From positions 207,638,001-207,702,000 of the forward strand of contig NC_091288.1 in the NCBI RefSeq assembly GCF_032444005.1: a stretch of DNA of 64,000 nucleotides, written 5' to 3'. Numbering within the stretch: the first letter of the stretch is position 1; each line of letters begins with the position of its first letter. The translations under genes were made by a program, and so were the position numbers. Source of the stretch: Ranitomeya imitator (Eukaryota). The notes beneath the pieces were generated by a model that was given only the letters and a program-made list of their open reading frames with translations, was not told the origin of the DNA and searched no databases. Of the stretch, positions 1 through 12,300 are shown piece by piece.

Positions 1-846
1 ACTTACTAAAAGAGTCCTTCAACGAGCCTCTACCGGGACCCCAAAAGTTGTAATCTATGTGAAAGTTTAATTTTCCTACAGCGCCACCACAGGGAAAATT
101 AGGCATTGCACAGTGTCTACGTAAATCTATTGATTGTCTGTGTAATGTAGGACCGGAGAGGTCCTCCAGAGCGAGAGATAGTCTTTAGATCGCTCTCCAC
201 TTTGGCCAAGGAAGAAGTATCATAAACAATGGACCCCAGTATATGAAATCAATGCGGTGTATGAAAACGGGTTTCCAAAGTAAACAACCCCTTTAAATAT
301 GGTTGATCTGTAAAGAGAAAGGCTATAAACCATGATGATTGCCTTCTTGATGCTTGAGGTCGCCTACAGGATGCATGGCTCGGCTATAGGAACCTACGCA
401 TTTTGGATAAAAGTTGGTTGAACCTACCGATTTCGCAGGACCGACCAATCATCTGTTGTGTATGGGGTCCTTCCGACTCCCCTTCAACAGATGATACCAG
501 GAAAGATAAGAATCATGGAGATTTCAGGGGAGGAGTCTGACCGCAGCTCTCTTCCCTCTGTCCATTCAAGAACATGAAATCGATCTTACAGAAGGGGATG
601 GAGGACTTTCGGGGTCCTACAGCTTCTGGGCCTCAATACCAAATCATGTTGTGACCCATGTGCGGTGCACCCCCTAAAGTTACACCCCTCGTAACAATGT
701 GATCCTTTAACCATTTGAGCCTAACAAATACACATGGCATGCTATGTATAGATTTAGCTTCTTGCTCCAGTCCTTGATGGAACTTGTAGTCCCCCCCTTA
801 ACAAAAATGTGAATTTTAGGTAATTTGTTTTCTTTAATTTTAACAG

Positions 847-2042
847 AGCAATATATTTTCAATTCTGTGGTCCGACCACAACGACATAGTCATCTACCGG
901 ACGTTTGAAGACTTCAAAAAGATGCAGGTAAGTCACATTTGTGTCATCGTGTTGTAGTCCGTGAAGCCATCGTTTACATAGAAACCAATGACGCTTTGGC
1001 TCACTGAGCACTAATAGCATTTAGGCGAGGCCTAGACATGGGGGAGGCCACGTAATCACACTACAGTTTCAGTTTCCGAGATGTATCATGTGACCTGTGT
1101 CCAGTTTTAGTCATATTTTCTAACTTATGCTATTTTTTTTTTAAGTGTTGTTTGTGGTGTCGGCCATAGCATCCACAGCTCAGCTTTCAAGATGAATGCC
1201 GAACTCTGAATGGTTGCTACAGGGCCAAAATTAACTAGTTAAAACTTCAATACTCAGGCAAGGTTGCCCATAGCAACCAATCAGCTGTCAGCTTTTATTT
1301 TTCACAGGGCCTTTGAAGAATGAAAGAGGCGACCAGATTGGTTGCTGTGGGGAAACTGCTCTACTTTACTCTTTTAGTAATTCTAATAAGGTTCCCTGTG
1401 ACCTTGTTAATTTCTGTCTACATGGAAGATTTTGAATCTATGTATTTCTGGGTTAAAATGTTTTGGATACAGCATACAAATATTTTACACCCAATTTGAC
1501 ACTTATAGGGGTGCCCTTAAGAGGTATGGCTGAGAGAGATGATAAAATCCACCAAATTTAGCAAATAGTGCACATCTTAATCCAAAAATTGTGCTATCTT
1601 GTGTCAGTCACGAGAAAAATCCATTAACATGCATTACATGATGAAGAAAAATTGTGCGCCATTTTTTATAAATGCGATTTAAAATAAAAAGTTTAAATTT
1701 TTTTTTTATATTCTTTTGTTCATAGCGAGAATTAAGAAAAAAATTCCCATTGGAATCTGGGTTACTTCGAAAATCAGAGAATATTATCCCGAAATTGAGA
1801 GGTAACGAGCCCGTCATCAATATCCGAGAGTCACTGACAGATCCCATTAATGCCTAGGGATCCCATAAAAACAATCGAATTTAGGATGTTCATAAGTCAG
1901 GATAAGATTTTTTTTTCACATTTCAGGTATGACTGTTTTTGTTAATTTAATTATTATAAAAAATAAATGGAAAAAATATCCTATCCAGAATTTATGGCTC
2001 ATTCACGTAAATAAATTCTCTATAGGATTTTTCTTATAATAG

Positions 2043-2106
<64 letters not shown>

Positions 2107-4966
2107 TCTTGTACCTAAAATAAGGAAAAATCCTATACAGAATTCATTTACATTTTTTGGGCCCTTGGGCAGATAATTATCTGTAATAAATATTCGGCAT
2201 AGCAATGTGTTTACACCAGAGGTGGCCGAGCCGTTCCCTAAAATGACTAATACCCTCGTGGACATTCCCTTTAACAGCCATCCGGATGCCTCATGTGCCA
2301 ATTTCCTCTTCTTCCCTATAGACGTGCCGATCTTCAGGAAAAACAGGGGCAGCAGTCGCTTTATGGAGAGGCTGCGATTACTGGAGACATTTTCACAGGA
2401 GCTGCTGAAGACGGACAACAAAATCTCACAATGCGACGTGGTGACGACGTTCTTTACGCCCAAAAACAGCGACCTCAACGCCACCTTCCCTGAAAACAGG
2501 TCTGTGTGCAGCGTGATGACAACACGTATTCACATTACAGGGGCCATTTAGGACATTTTAGGCAGTTTTTGGGGGTGGCGTTTGCATAATCCCCGACCTT
2601 TGCAATATGCTGCATCGGATCCTGGGACTATCAGAATTGCTGGCAAATATGTTTTATATCACTAAATGAACTATACAGGTCAGAAGGGGACACAGAGTAC
2701 TAATGCAGAGCAACCTAAAGCCACATCCCCCCCCCCCCCCCCAAAAAAAAAAAAAGTGAGCCACGCCCCTTTGGCAAAAACTAGAAAAATTAGGTCTAAA
2801 TAAAATGGTGCACATCTCCGGAACCATACGGAACCAAAAATCAAAAAGTTGAATATTTAGGCAAAGTAGAGGAATAAAATAAGAGCAAAGAACTGGCCAT
2901 TTTTGGCTTGGGGACAGGTCCGCTTTAAGAAGCTGCTGGACTTGGAAATAAACCATTTAATTTGTCTTTCTGGTTACAGTGTAGTGATATTGCCATCAGA
3001 AGTAAGAGAAACTCAGAAAAGGGAGCAGCCGAAACAACTACCACGACCACCAGCCTCCGAACCCATTGTATCCCAGATGTACGCGTGTATCGAAGACTAC
3101 GAAACCAAGGACACCAAAAACCGGCCCTTCAAAATCAAGCGCAGCGAGCAGCTGGGAGTACTGATCAAGGAAAGCTCAGGTGAGACGTCACCAGCCAGGT
3201 ACCGATAGATATAAGATCTCGGAATTGCATAATGGAAGCTGGAATAACGCCTATTACATTTTAGGGTGGTGGCTGGTGGAAAATGAAGAAAAACGAGTGG
3301 CCTGGTTTCCAGCTCCATTCCTTAAAGTTGTAGAGGAAATAGAGGAGTCAGATTCGGGAACAGAATCAGATGACGAAGGTAAACCGCGCACCCAGTGTTG
3401 GATTTTCTACAGATGTAAAAATAGTGGGAACTTAGATAATTGCTATATAAAAAGAAAAAAAAAAGTGCAGGAGTTGTTTGCACCACTAGGTGGCAGATTA
3501 GAATATTGTACCACTCTTTTGTGTTGCTCATGGACTCAAGAGCACAACATCTGGTCACACAGAGTACTGCAAGCAAAAAAATAATTAGCTGTATTATGAG
3601 ATATCGTTATCAATTATTTTTGGGAGAGGTGAGGAGACCGATACACTGCAATTGTGTCAATTTATTTTTTGCTTTATTATTTATATTTTAATTGATTGGG
3701 TTTATGTGGACATAGCAACGCCAAATGTTTTTTTCCCTGTATTTATGGAGAAAAGTGGAGCAATTCAAATTTAATATATATTTTTTTTATATAATAAAAT
3801 TAAATATATAGATATATTACAAAATATATATTTTGTTAGTGTTTACTCTAGGGGACTTGAACTTGTGATCATTTGATTGCTTGTACTTTATACTGTAATT
3901 CTTCAGTACATAGCAAGAAAAAAAGCCTACTGTAAATCCCAACCGTTCATAGAGGACGGGGATAATAATTCCATAATTGATAACATCCCATACTTTTTTT
4001 TTTAACCAGGACTCCGTTACTATTCAACATCATCTTATGAAGCCATGAGCTGTGATGAACTGTCCATCTCCAGAGGGGTTGTAGTAGAAGTCAAGGAGAA
4101 GTCCAACAATGGATGGTGGCTAATCAGGTACGAAAATAGAATTGGTTTTTAGAAATAAATCCATTCCACTAAGGATTTTAGATCTCATTAATACAGATTT
4201 CGTTGTTTTCAAAGGGCCATGTAATACCTCCCTTCCCCTGTGGGGGTGCTGCAGGGAAAATAAACGCTTGCTGCATCAGCATAACTTTATTATTATATAC
4301 TTGTTATTGTAGATCTCTTATCTCATCCTTATGAACAGGTACAATGGTAAAACCGGGTATGTCCCAGCGATGTATTTGAAGCCCTACCGAAATGGTCACC
4401 AGCTCGAGTCCATGATGAACCAAAGCGTCTTCTCGTCTGGGGGAAATCTCTTCAAGGCCTCGAGCACCTTGGAGGTGAGCAGCGCAGAGGAATCATGGAG
4501 GGAATACGACAATCATCCAGTTCTCAACGATGCAGGAAATAAACTGGACCGACGAAAATCCAGGTCAATCAGCGGCTTCCCACTGAACGCTCAATATGGA
4601 TATCAACAGCCTCCTGGGAGATCATCGCCGATGGGAAAAACTGGGGTGGTGGGCCCAAGCTCGGAAACAGAAATGAAGCCCACGGTTCGGAAGATCAGAA
4701 ATCCACCTGCAGCTTCCGAGCAACCGGCAATAGTCGCCAAAGAAGCCCCCATACCGCGACCGAGGAAGATAAGTCTAGACGCACCGACTGTGGGAACTAA
4801 TCCCAGAAGCCCTAAAGAGACGAGCGGACCCCCGAACTCTCAGCTTGTCTTGGACATTACCCCTCCGGTCCCACAACGGCCCAAACAGCATGAGATTCTT
4901 AGCAAATGTACGACTGTAACGAGGACAGCTTTTAAGAAAAGGGGGGACGCTCTCATGTATGGCTAA
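847..4966 (+). CDS. NOXO1: NADPH oxidase organizer 1, 5'-partial (first coding exon not found in the window); exons 847-927, 1726-1801, 2322-2499, 2980-3179, 3265-3378, 4010-4127, 4339-4966
   Basis: GT-AG exons join in frame into a PX domain (IFSILWSDHNDIVIYRTFEDFKK; LRKKFPLESGLLRKSENIIPKL), tandem SH3 domains (GWWLVENEEKRVAWFPAPFL; GWWLIRYNGKTGYVPAMYL) and a C-terminal PPVPQRP..SKCTTVTRTA motif. Tail-to-tail with TBL3, as in mammals. Confidence 0.92.
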
Positions 4967-5698
4967 AGACAGTAACATTGAGGGGGTGGGGGGCATTTAT
5001 ATTTTTAATATCTATATTTATTCTGTATATTTATTATTTCTGTGATCCACATTGGTGGAGAGGCGCGGAGTAGATCTATATAGGATTCAGTATAACTGGA
5101 AATTTACTTAAACCTATATTCATTCTGTGCTTAGGAGTCCAGTGGGCGGTCCCACCAAGCAGAACCACCCACTGGACTCCTAAGAATGAGTTGGAATTTG
5201 AAAGAGTAAAGTAGAAGTTCTGAGTCTTTTCCTATAAAACTATATAATAATCTGCTCAGCGCCTCTTCCTTCATAATTTGATGCCTGCAGATCAGACACT
5301 AGGATCAATACGATAAGTCACCTATTTTGTGAGTTCAGTTAAATGGTTGGTCCAGAACAGAGAGGTGCTGGACACTCGCCTCCATGCAGCGGCATCTGTC
5401 AAAGGTAAACAGAAGAAAGAGGCGCTGGAGGATCCCTTTATCGTTAAACGCATACATTCACAATGATCTTTATCTGATAAATCGGTATATTTTGATGTTA
5501 CATTGTATCAATGAGAAATAAATAACATCTGAAATATAACCCAAGTGTTGTAAATTTCCATTATGCCTCATCATAGCAGGAAATTCAGCGGATTGTTATC
5601 TGCAGTACCACTCTTCTCCACTGGGAGGTGCAAATTATTTTTCTACAGACGCCTATGCAACAGCGCCCCCAGTGGTAATCAGCGCAAATCTCACTTGG

Positions 5699-5740
<42 letters not shown>

Positions 5741-6378
5741 TTTTTTTTTTTTTTTTTAGCCCAGTACTACTATAATAAGACCCTTTAAACCTGAATTGAT
5801 AGACTCACACTATGAAAAAAAAAAAAAAAAAAAAAAATACAACTTATATACAACGCCATATAGTTTTTCAGACTAATGTTCTATTTGGATTATTTTTTTT
5901 ACTATACCTTTATGGCATAGACATAAAGTTGAATGATAAATTGCTTTCTGCCAGCAGTCACCACTAGGGGGAGCACACTGCATACTGTCTCATCATGGAG
6001 CCCAATGTAAAAACTGTATACAAATGGCGCCATCTGGTGGCTGACAAAAACGGTGCTGGTGTTCTAGATCCCAGTAATATACTGGCGGTCTGAGGTCACT
6101 TGATATTGCAAAATGAAAGACCGGAATAGATAAAATGTCTGTATTAAATATTAAAAATTAAGTGCCCCCCGAAAACAATGGTAGGAGGGGCCAGGCAGAA
6201 GTTTTAGCCCCTAAAAAAAAATAATTAAGAATTGAACCAATGAAACTGGAGCATGAAGCGTTTTTTTGGTGACTGGTCCACAATCCATCCAAGATGGTGG
6301 CTATGACCCCAGCAGGTGCGGGGGGAGGGTTTCGTTAACCCCATACTTGACTGTAGTCTCTGATGAATGATCCTGGCT

Positions 6379-9300
6379 TCACACCTTGCCATTTTCTTGC
6401 AAAGGAAGAGCAAGACTGGTCACAGGGCCGGGCGCGCCGTTCTTCTCCCCTGGCAGATCGGACAGTCTCATGTGCTGCCACATGAAGTCCACGAACATGG
6501 CAGACTGCAGCAACCTCCCCATCCTCTGCATGTGGCGCTCTGGAAGAAAACAGGGCAGCGTCATGAGAGCGTGCAAGAGGCATTCCCTGCACCATGTCTG
6601 TGGTCACCGTCCTCACCTGTGTAGGGTATGAGCGCCTCCACGCTGCCCCTGATGCCGCCGTACTGAAGCAGGTCCTCGGGGGTCTCGTGCCGCAGCAGGA
6701 CGCTCAGCACGCATTGGGCTTCGTGACAGTTGCGCGAGTTGGTGTTCCAGACGCTGCAGTATCTCAGGATGGACTCTGATGGGCAGACAGGGTCGTTATC
6801 GTATGATCCTTCTGGAAACAGCGCCACCCCTGTCTTCAGGTTGAGTGTGGTATTGCAGCTTGGCCCCAATCACTTTAATGGAAGTCACAATTCCAGAAAA
6901 CCCATGGACAGGTGTGGTGCTGTTCGGGGAAGAGACGCTTTTCTAATGCAGGACAACACTTTTCAGGGCTTAGAGACAAATTTAATTAATTTGATTAGGT
7001 AATTTAGAGTTTATAAAGGGGAAGGAGGGGGGGGGGGGGGGTCGTCTGTTCTCTTGGCCAAAATGAAGAGGGGTTATAACTAGTGCTTCTCACTGCGGAG
7101 GACCTCTATTACACAGACAACCCACTGATTTAAATAGACACCATGTAATACTTCATTTATCCTGCGGGAGTGCTGCAGGGAAACAGAGCACTTAGTGGTA
7201 GATCTCTCTACAGATCTATGGGGGTTTTAGCACAGAGATATTTTATGATCAGCCGATTATAAAACAGGACTCTTCCAACTAGTAGGACAAAGCAGAGGAC
7301 CCCTTTAATGTAGATGTGGATTTCTTTAAAAGGCGTTATCTAAAAAAGGATACTGACGCTCAAGTGTTCTCAAAAGCACGATGTCCCAGTGATTTGTGGC
7401 CAATGTACGGGGAACACATGGCTATGAGACCCCAAAACCAGGCGGGTCCCTCAGACATGAAATTTACCGCAATCATCCCAATTACCTTTTTGGTCTTGTC
7501 GCAGCCTCAGAATATTTTTCTCCAGGTCGTCCTTCCCTTGTGGTTCTTGCAAGATGGCTGGAGGCAGAACATAGGATGGAAGATAAAACAGGGCAAACAT
7601 CTCCCCCCTCACTATTAGTACAGCTTAGCACAAACCTATGCTGCAGCTTCTTAAAGGGCCAGCACACCTAAAATCAGCAGTGTATTAATTAAGAAGAGGC
7701 ACATCAACTGTATCTATGAATGTAAATGTATCTGTAGGTAAAGCGCAATGAGAAGGCACAGTGGCCACCGACTGTATGGGGAAACTAGCACAGCTCCAGC
7801 AATAAATCCTTACTCAAACGGGTGGCTAAAGGCAAAATGGTGCAAGCAAATCCAGTGCTGAATCAGAACGATGTTCATTCATTTTCTGATGTGTGGGGGG
7901 GGTCCCAGAAATCTGACCCTGCTGATCATAAAAGTGATGGCATATCCTATAATAAAGAAAAACTCCTTTTAAGGGGACTTGTCGCTTGCCATCAATATGC
8001 ATTTTTTTACCTGGTGTAAATGCTGATTGTCTCCTGAATCTAGCTATGTTTTTGTTTTTTTCCTGCGCCTCTGCGTTCCCGAGATATCGCCCCCTCTTCC
8101 CTGTATGTAATTCTAATCTTGTAGTTCAGTTGGGTGTGGCTCTGATGGCAAAGACCACGCCCACTCAGCTACAAAGACCACGCCCACTCAGCTACAAAGA
8201 CCACGCCCACTCAGCTACAAAGACCACGCCCACTCAGCTACAAAGACCACGCCCACTCAGCTACAAAGACCACGCCCACTCAGCTACAAAGACCACGCCC
8301 ACTCAGCTACAAAGACCACGCCCACTCAGCTACAAAGACCACGCCCACTCAGCTACAAAGACCACGCCCACTCAGCTACAAAGACCACGCCCACTCAGCT
8401 ACAAAGACCACGCCCACTCAGCTACAAAGACCACGCCCACTCAGCTACAAAGACCACGCCCACTCAGCTACAAAGACCACGCCCACTCAGCTACAAAGAC
8501 CACGCCCACTCAGCTACAAAGACCACGCCCACTCAGCTACAAAGACCACACCCACTCAGCTACAAAGACTGGATTTGTATACAGGGATGAAGGGCCGTAT
8601 CTCAGGAATGGAGGAGAGCAGGAACAAAAGAAAAACATCGCCGGATTCAGGAGAACAGGGGCATTTACCCCAAGTAAAATATAGATATATTTATTGCAAG
8701 TGACAGGTTCCCTTTAAGGTTTTTTTTCAAATGTATATATTGATGGCCTATCCTCTGAACAGCATGTGGATGCGTGACTGGTAAAAATCTGATCCCACGG
8801 AAATTTAATTACTCGACTCATTGACAAACACGTCATCCTTTACCTACTTTTAAGTGACTGACAACCGAGAACAAAAGCTTGCGTTTAACCACACAAAAAA
8901 AAAAATTGGGTTTAGCGCCATTGCATTTAAGAACCCTCAACACTCAAAGGGTTAAAAATTGGCACTTTGCTACCCACCTTTTATGACCCTGAGAACAGTA
9001 TGAGGCTGGTCTAAGGAGATTGCTAGGCCCAAAGCCTTGAGGAACCGCTTCTCATGTAGAAGATTCGACAGTTCCTGTTGTCTTAGAAGAAAAAAAAAGA
9101 AAAGGTAATTAGGATCTTGGCCAATCGGAGACCCGTATATAATAAGCCGGACTATTATAAGACTCACTGCAAGATCTCGTTCTCCTGCTTTGCCTGCTCC
9201 TCCGCCAGCTCTACCTCCGTGACGTCCTGCACACAAACCAAAACAGGGTGACCACCCGAGAGCGCAGTCCGCCATAGGCAAAGAAACGCACTTTAAATGG

Positions 9301-12300
9301 GCGGAATATGGTAATTTATTATACGTCCACTTAACCCCTTCACCCCAAAGCCTGTTTTCACCTAAGTGACAGGGCCAATTTTTACAATTCTGACCACTGT
9401 CACTTTATGAGGTCATAAGTCTGAAACGCTTCAACGGATCCTGGTGATTCTGACATTGTTTTCTCGTGACATATTGTACTTCATGTTGGTGGTAAAACTT
9501 CTTCGATATGACTTGCATTTATTTGTGAAAAAAACAAAAATTTGTCGGAAATTATGAAAATTTAGCAATTTTCAAACTCAGTTTTTATGCCCTTAAATTA
9601 GAGAGTTATATCACATAATATAGTTAATAAACAACATTTCCCACATGTCTACTTTACATCAGCACAATTTTGGAAACATAATTTTTTTTGGTTAGGAAGT
9701 TATAAGGGTTAAAAGTTGACCAGCAATTTCTCATTTTTGCAACAAAATTTGCAAAACCATTTTTTTACGGACCACCTCACACTTGAAGTGACTTTTAGGG
9801 GTCTATATGACAGAAAATGCCCAAAAGTGACACCATTCTAAAAACTGCACCCCTCAAGGTGCTCAAAACCACATTCAAAAAGTTTATTAACCCTTCAGGT
9901 GCTTCACAGGAATTTTTTGAATGTTTAAAAAAATTGAACATTTAACTTTTTGTTCACAAAATTTTTACTTCAGGTCCAATTTGTTTCATTTTACCAAGGG
10001 TAACAGAAGAAATTGGACCACAAAAGTCGTTGTACAATTTGTCCTGAGTACGCCGATACCCCATATGTGGGGGTAAACCAATGTTTGGGCGCATGGCAGA
10101 GCTTGGAAGGGAAGGAGCGCCATTTGACTTTTCAATGCAAGATTTGCTGGAATTGAGATCGGAGCCCATGTCACGATTGGAGAGCCCCTGATGTGCCTAA
10201 ACAGTGGAAACCCCCACAAGTGACACCATTTTGGAAAGTAGACCCCCTAAGGAACTAATCTAGATGTGTGGTGAGCACTTTGAACCTCCAAGTGCTTCAC
10301 AGAAGTTTATAATGTAGAGCCGTAAAAAAAATGTCATATTAATTTTCACAAAAAATGATCTTTTTGCCCCAAATTTTTTATTTTCCCAAGGGTAACAGGA
10401 TAAATTGGACCCCAAAAGTTGTTGTGCAATTTGTCCTGAGTACGCCGATACTTCATATATGGGGATAAACCACTGTTTGAGCGCATGGCAGAGCTCGGAA
10501 GGGAAGGAGCGCCGTTTGACTTTTCAATGCAAAATTGGCTGGAATTGAGATCGGACGCCATGTCGCATTTGGAGAGCCCCTGACGTGCCTTAACAGTGGA
10601 AACCCCCCACAAGTGACCCCATTTTGGAAAGAAGACCCCCTAAGGAACTTATCTCGATGTGTGGTGAGCACTTTTAACCCCCAATTGTTTCACTAAAGTT
10701 TAGAATGTAGCATTGTGAAAATTAAAAAATCATTTTTTCTTTCCACAAAATGATGTTTTAGCCCGCAATTTTTTTTTCCCAAGGGTAACAGGAGAAATTG
10801 GACCACAAATGTTATTGTCCAATTTGTCCTGAGTACGCTGATACCCCACATGTGGGGGGGAACCACTGTTTGGGTGCATGGCAGAGCTCGGAAGGGAAGG
10901 AGCACCGTTTGAAATGCAGACTTTGATGGAATGGTCTGCAGGTGTCATGTTGCATTTGCAGAGCCCCTAATGTACCTAAACAGTAGAAACCCCCCACAAG
11001 TGACCCCATATTGGAAACTAGACCCCCCAAGGAACTTATCTAGATGTGTTGTGAGAGCTTTGAACCAACAAGTGTTTCACTACAGTTTATAACGCAGAGC
11101 CGTGAAAATAAAAAATATTTTTTTTCCACGAAAATGATATTTTAGCCCCCACGTTTTTATTTTCCCAAGGGTAACAGGACAAATTAGACCCCAAAAGTTG
11201 TTGTCCAACTTGTCTTGAGAACGCTGAAACCCCATATGTTGGGGGGAACCACTGTTTGGGTGCACGGCAGAGCTCGGAAGGGAAGGAGCGCCATTTGAAA
11301 TGCAGACTTAGATGGATTGGTCTGCAGGCGTCATGTTGCATTTGCAGAACCCCTGATGTACCTAAACAGTAGAAACCCCACACAAGTGACCCCATATTGG
11401 AAACTAGACCCCCCAGGGAACTCATCTAGATGTGTTGTGAGAGCTTTGAACCAACAAGTGTTTCACTACAGTTTATAACGCAGAGCCGTGACAATAAAAG
11501 ATATTTTTTTTTCTACGAAAATGATATTTTATCCCCTATGTTTTTATTTTCCCAAGGGTAACAGGACAAATTGGACCCCAAAAGTTGTTGTCCAACTTGT
11601 CCTGAGAACGCTGATACCCCATATGTTGGGGTAAACCCCTGTTTGAGCGCATGGGAGAGCTCGGAAGGGAAGAAGCACTGTTTTACTTTTTCAAAGCAGA
11701 ATTGGCTGGAATTGAGATCGGACGCCATGTCGCGTTTGGAGAGCCCCTGATGTGCCTAAACAGTGGAAACCCCACAATTATAACTGAAACCCTTATCCAA
11801 ACACATCCCTAACCCTAATCCCAATGGTAACCCTAACCACACCTCTAACCCTGACACACCCCTAACCCTAATCCCAACCCTATTCCCAACCGTAAATGTA
11901 ATCTAAACCCTAACCGTAACTTTAGCCCCAACCCAAACTGTAGCCCCAACCCTAGCCCTAGCCCTAGCCCTAACCCTAGCCCCAACCCCAACCCTAGCCC
12001 TAACCCTAATGGGAAAAATGGAAATAAATACATTTTATTATTTTTCCCTAACTAAGGGGGTGATGAAGGGGGGTTTGATTTACTTTTATAGCGTTTTTTT
12101 AGCGGATTTTTATGATTGGCAGCTGTCACACACTGAAAGACGCTTTTTATTGCAAAAAATAGTTTTTGCATCACCACATTTTGAGAGCTATAATTTATCC
12201 ATATTTTGGCCCACAGAGTCATGAGAGATCTTGTTTTTTGCGGGACGAGTTGACGTTTTTATTGGTAACATTTTCGGGCAGATGACATTTTTTGATCGCT

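Noticed and set aside
7986-8684. 232-aa repetitive ORF
   Set aside because: Product of the 23-bp array inside a MITE.
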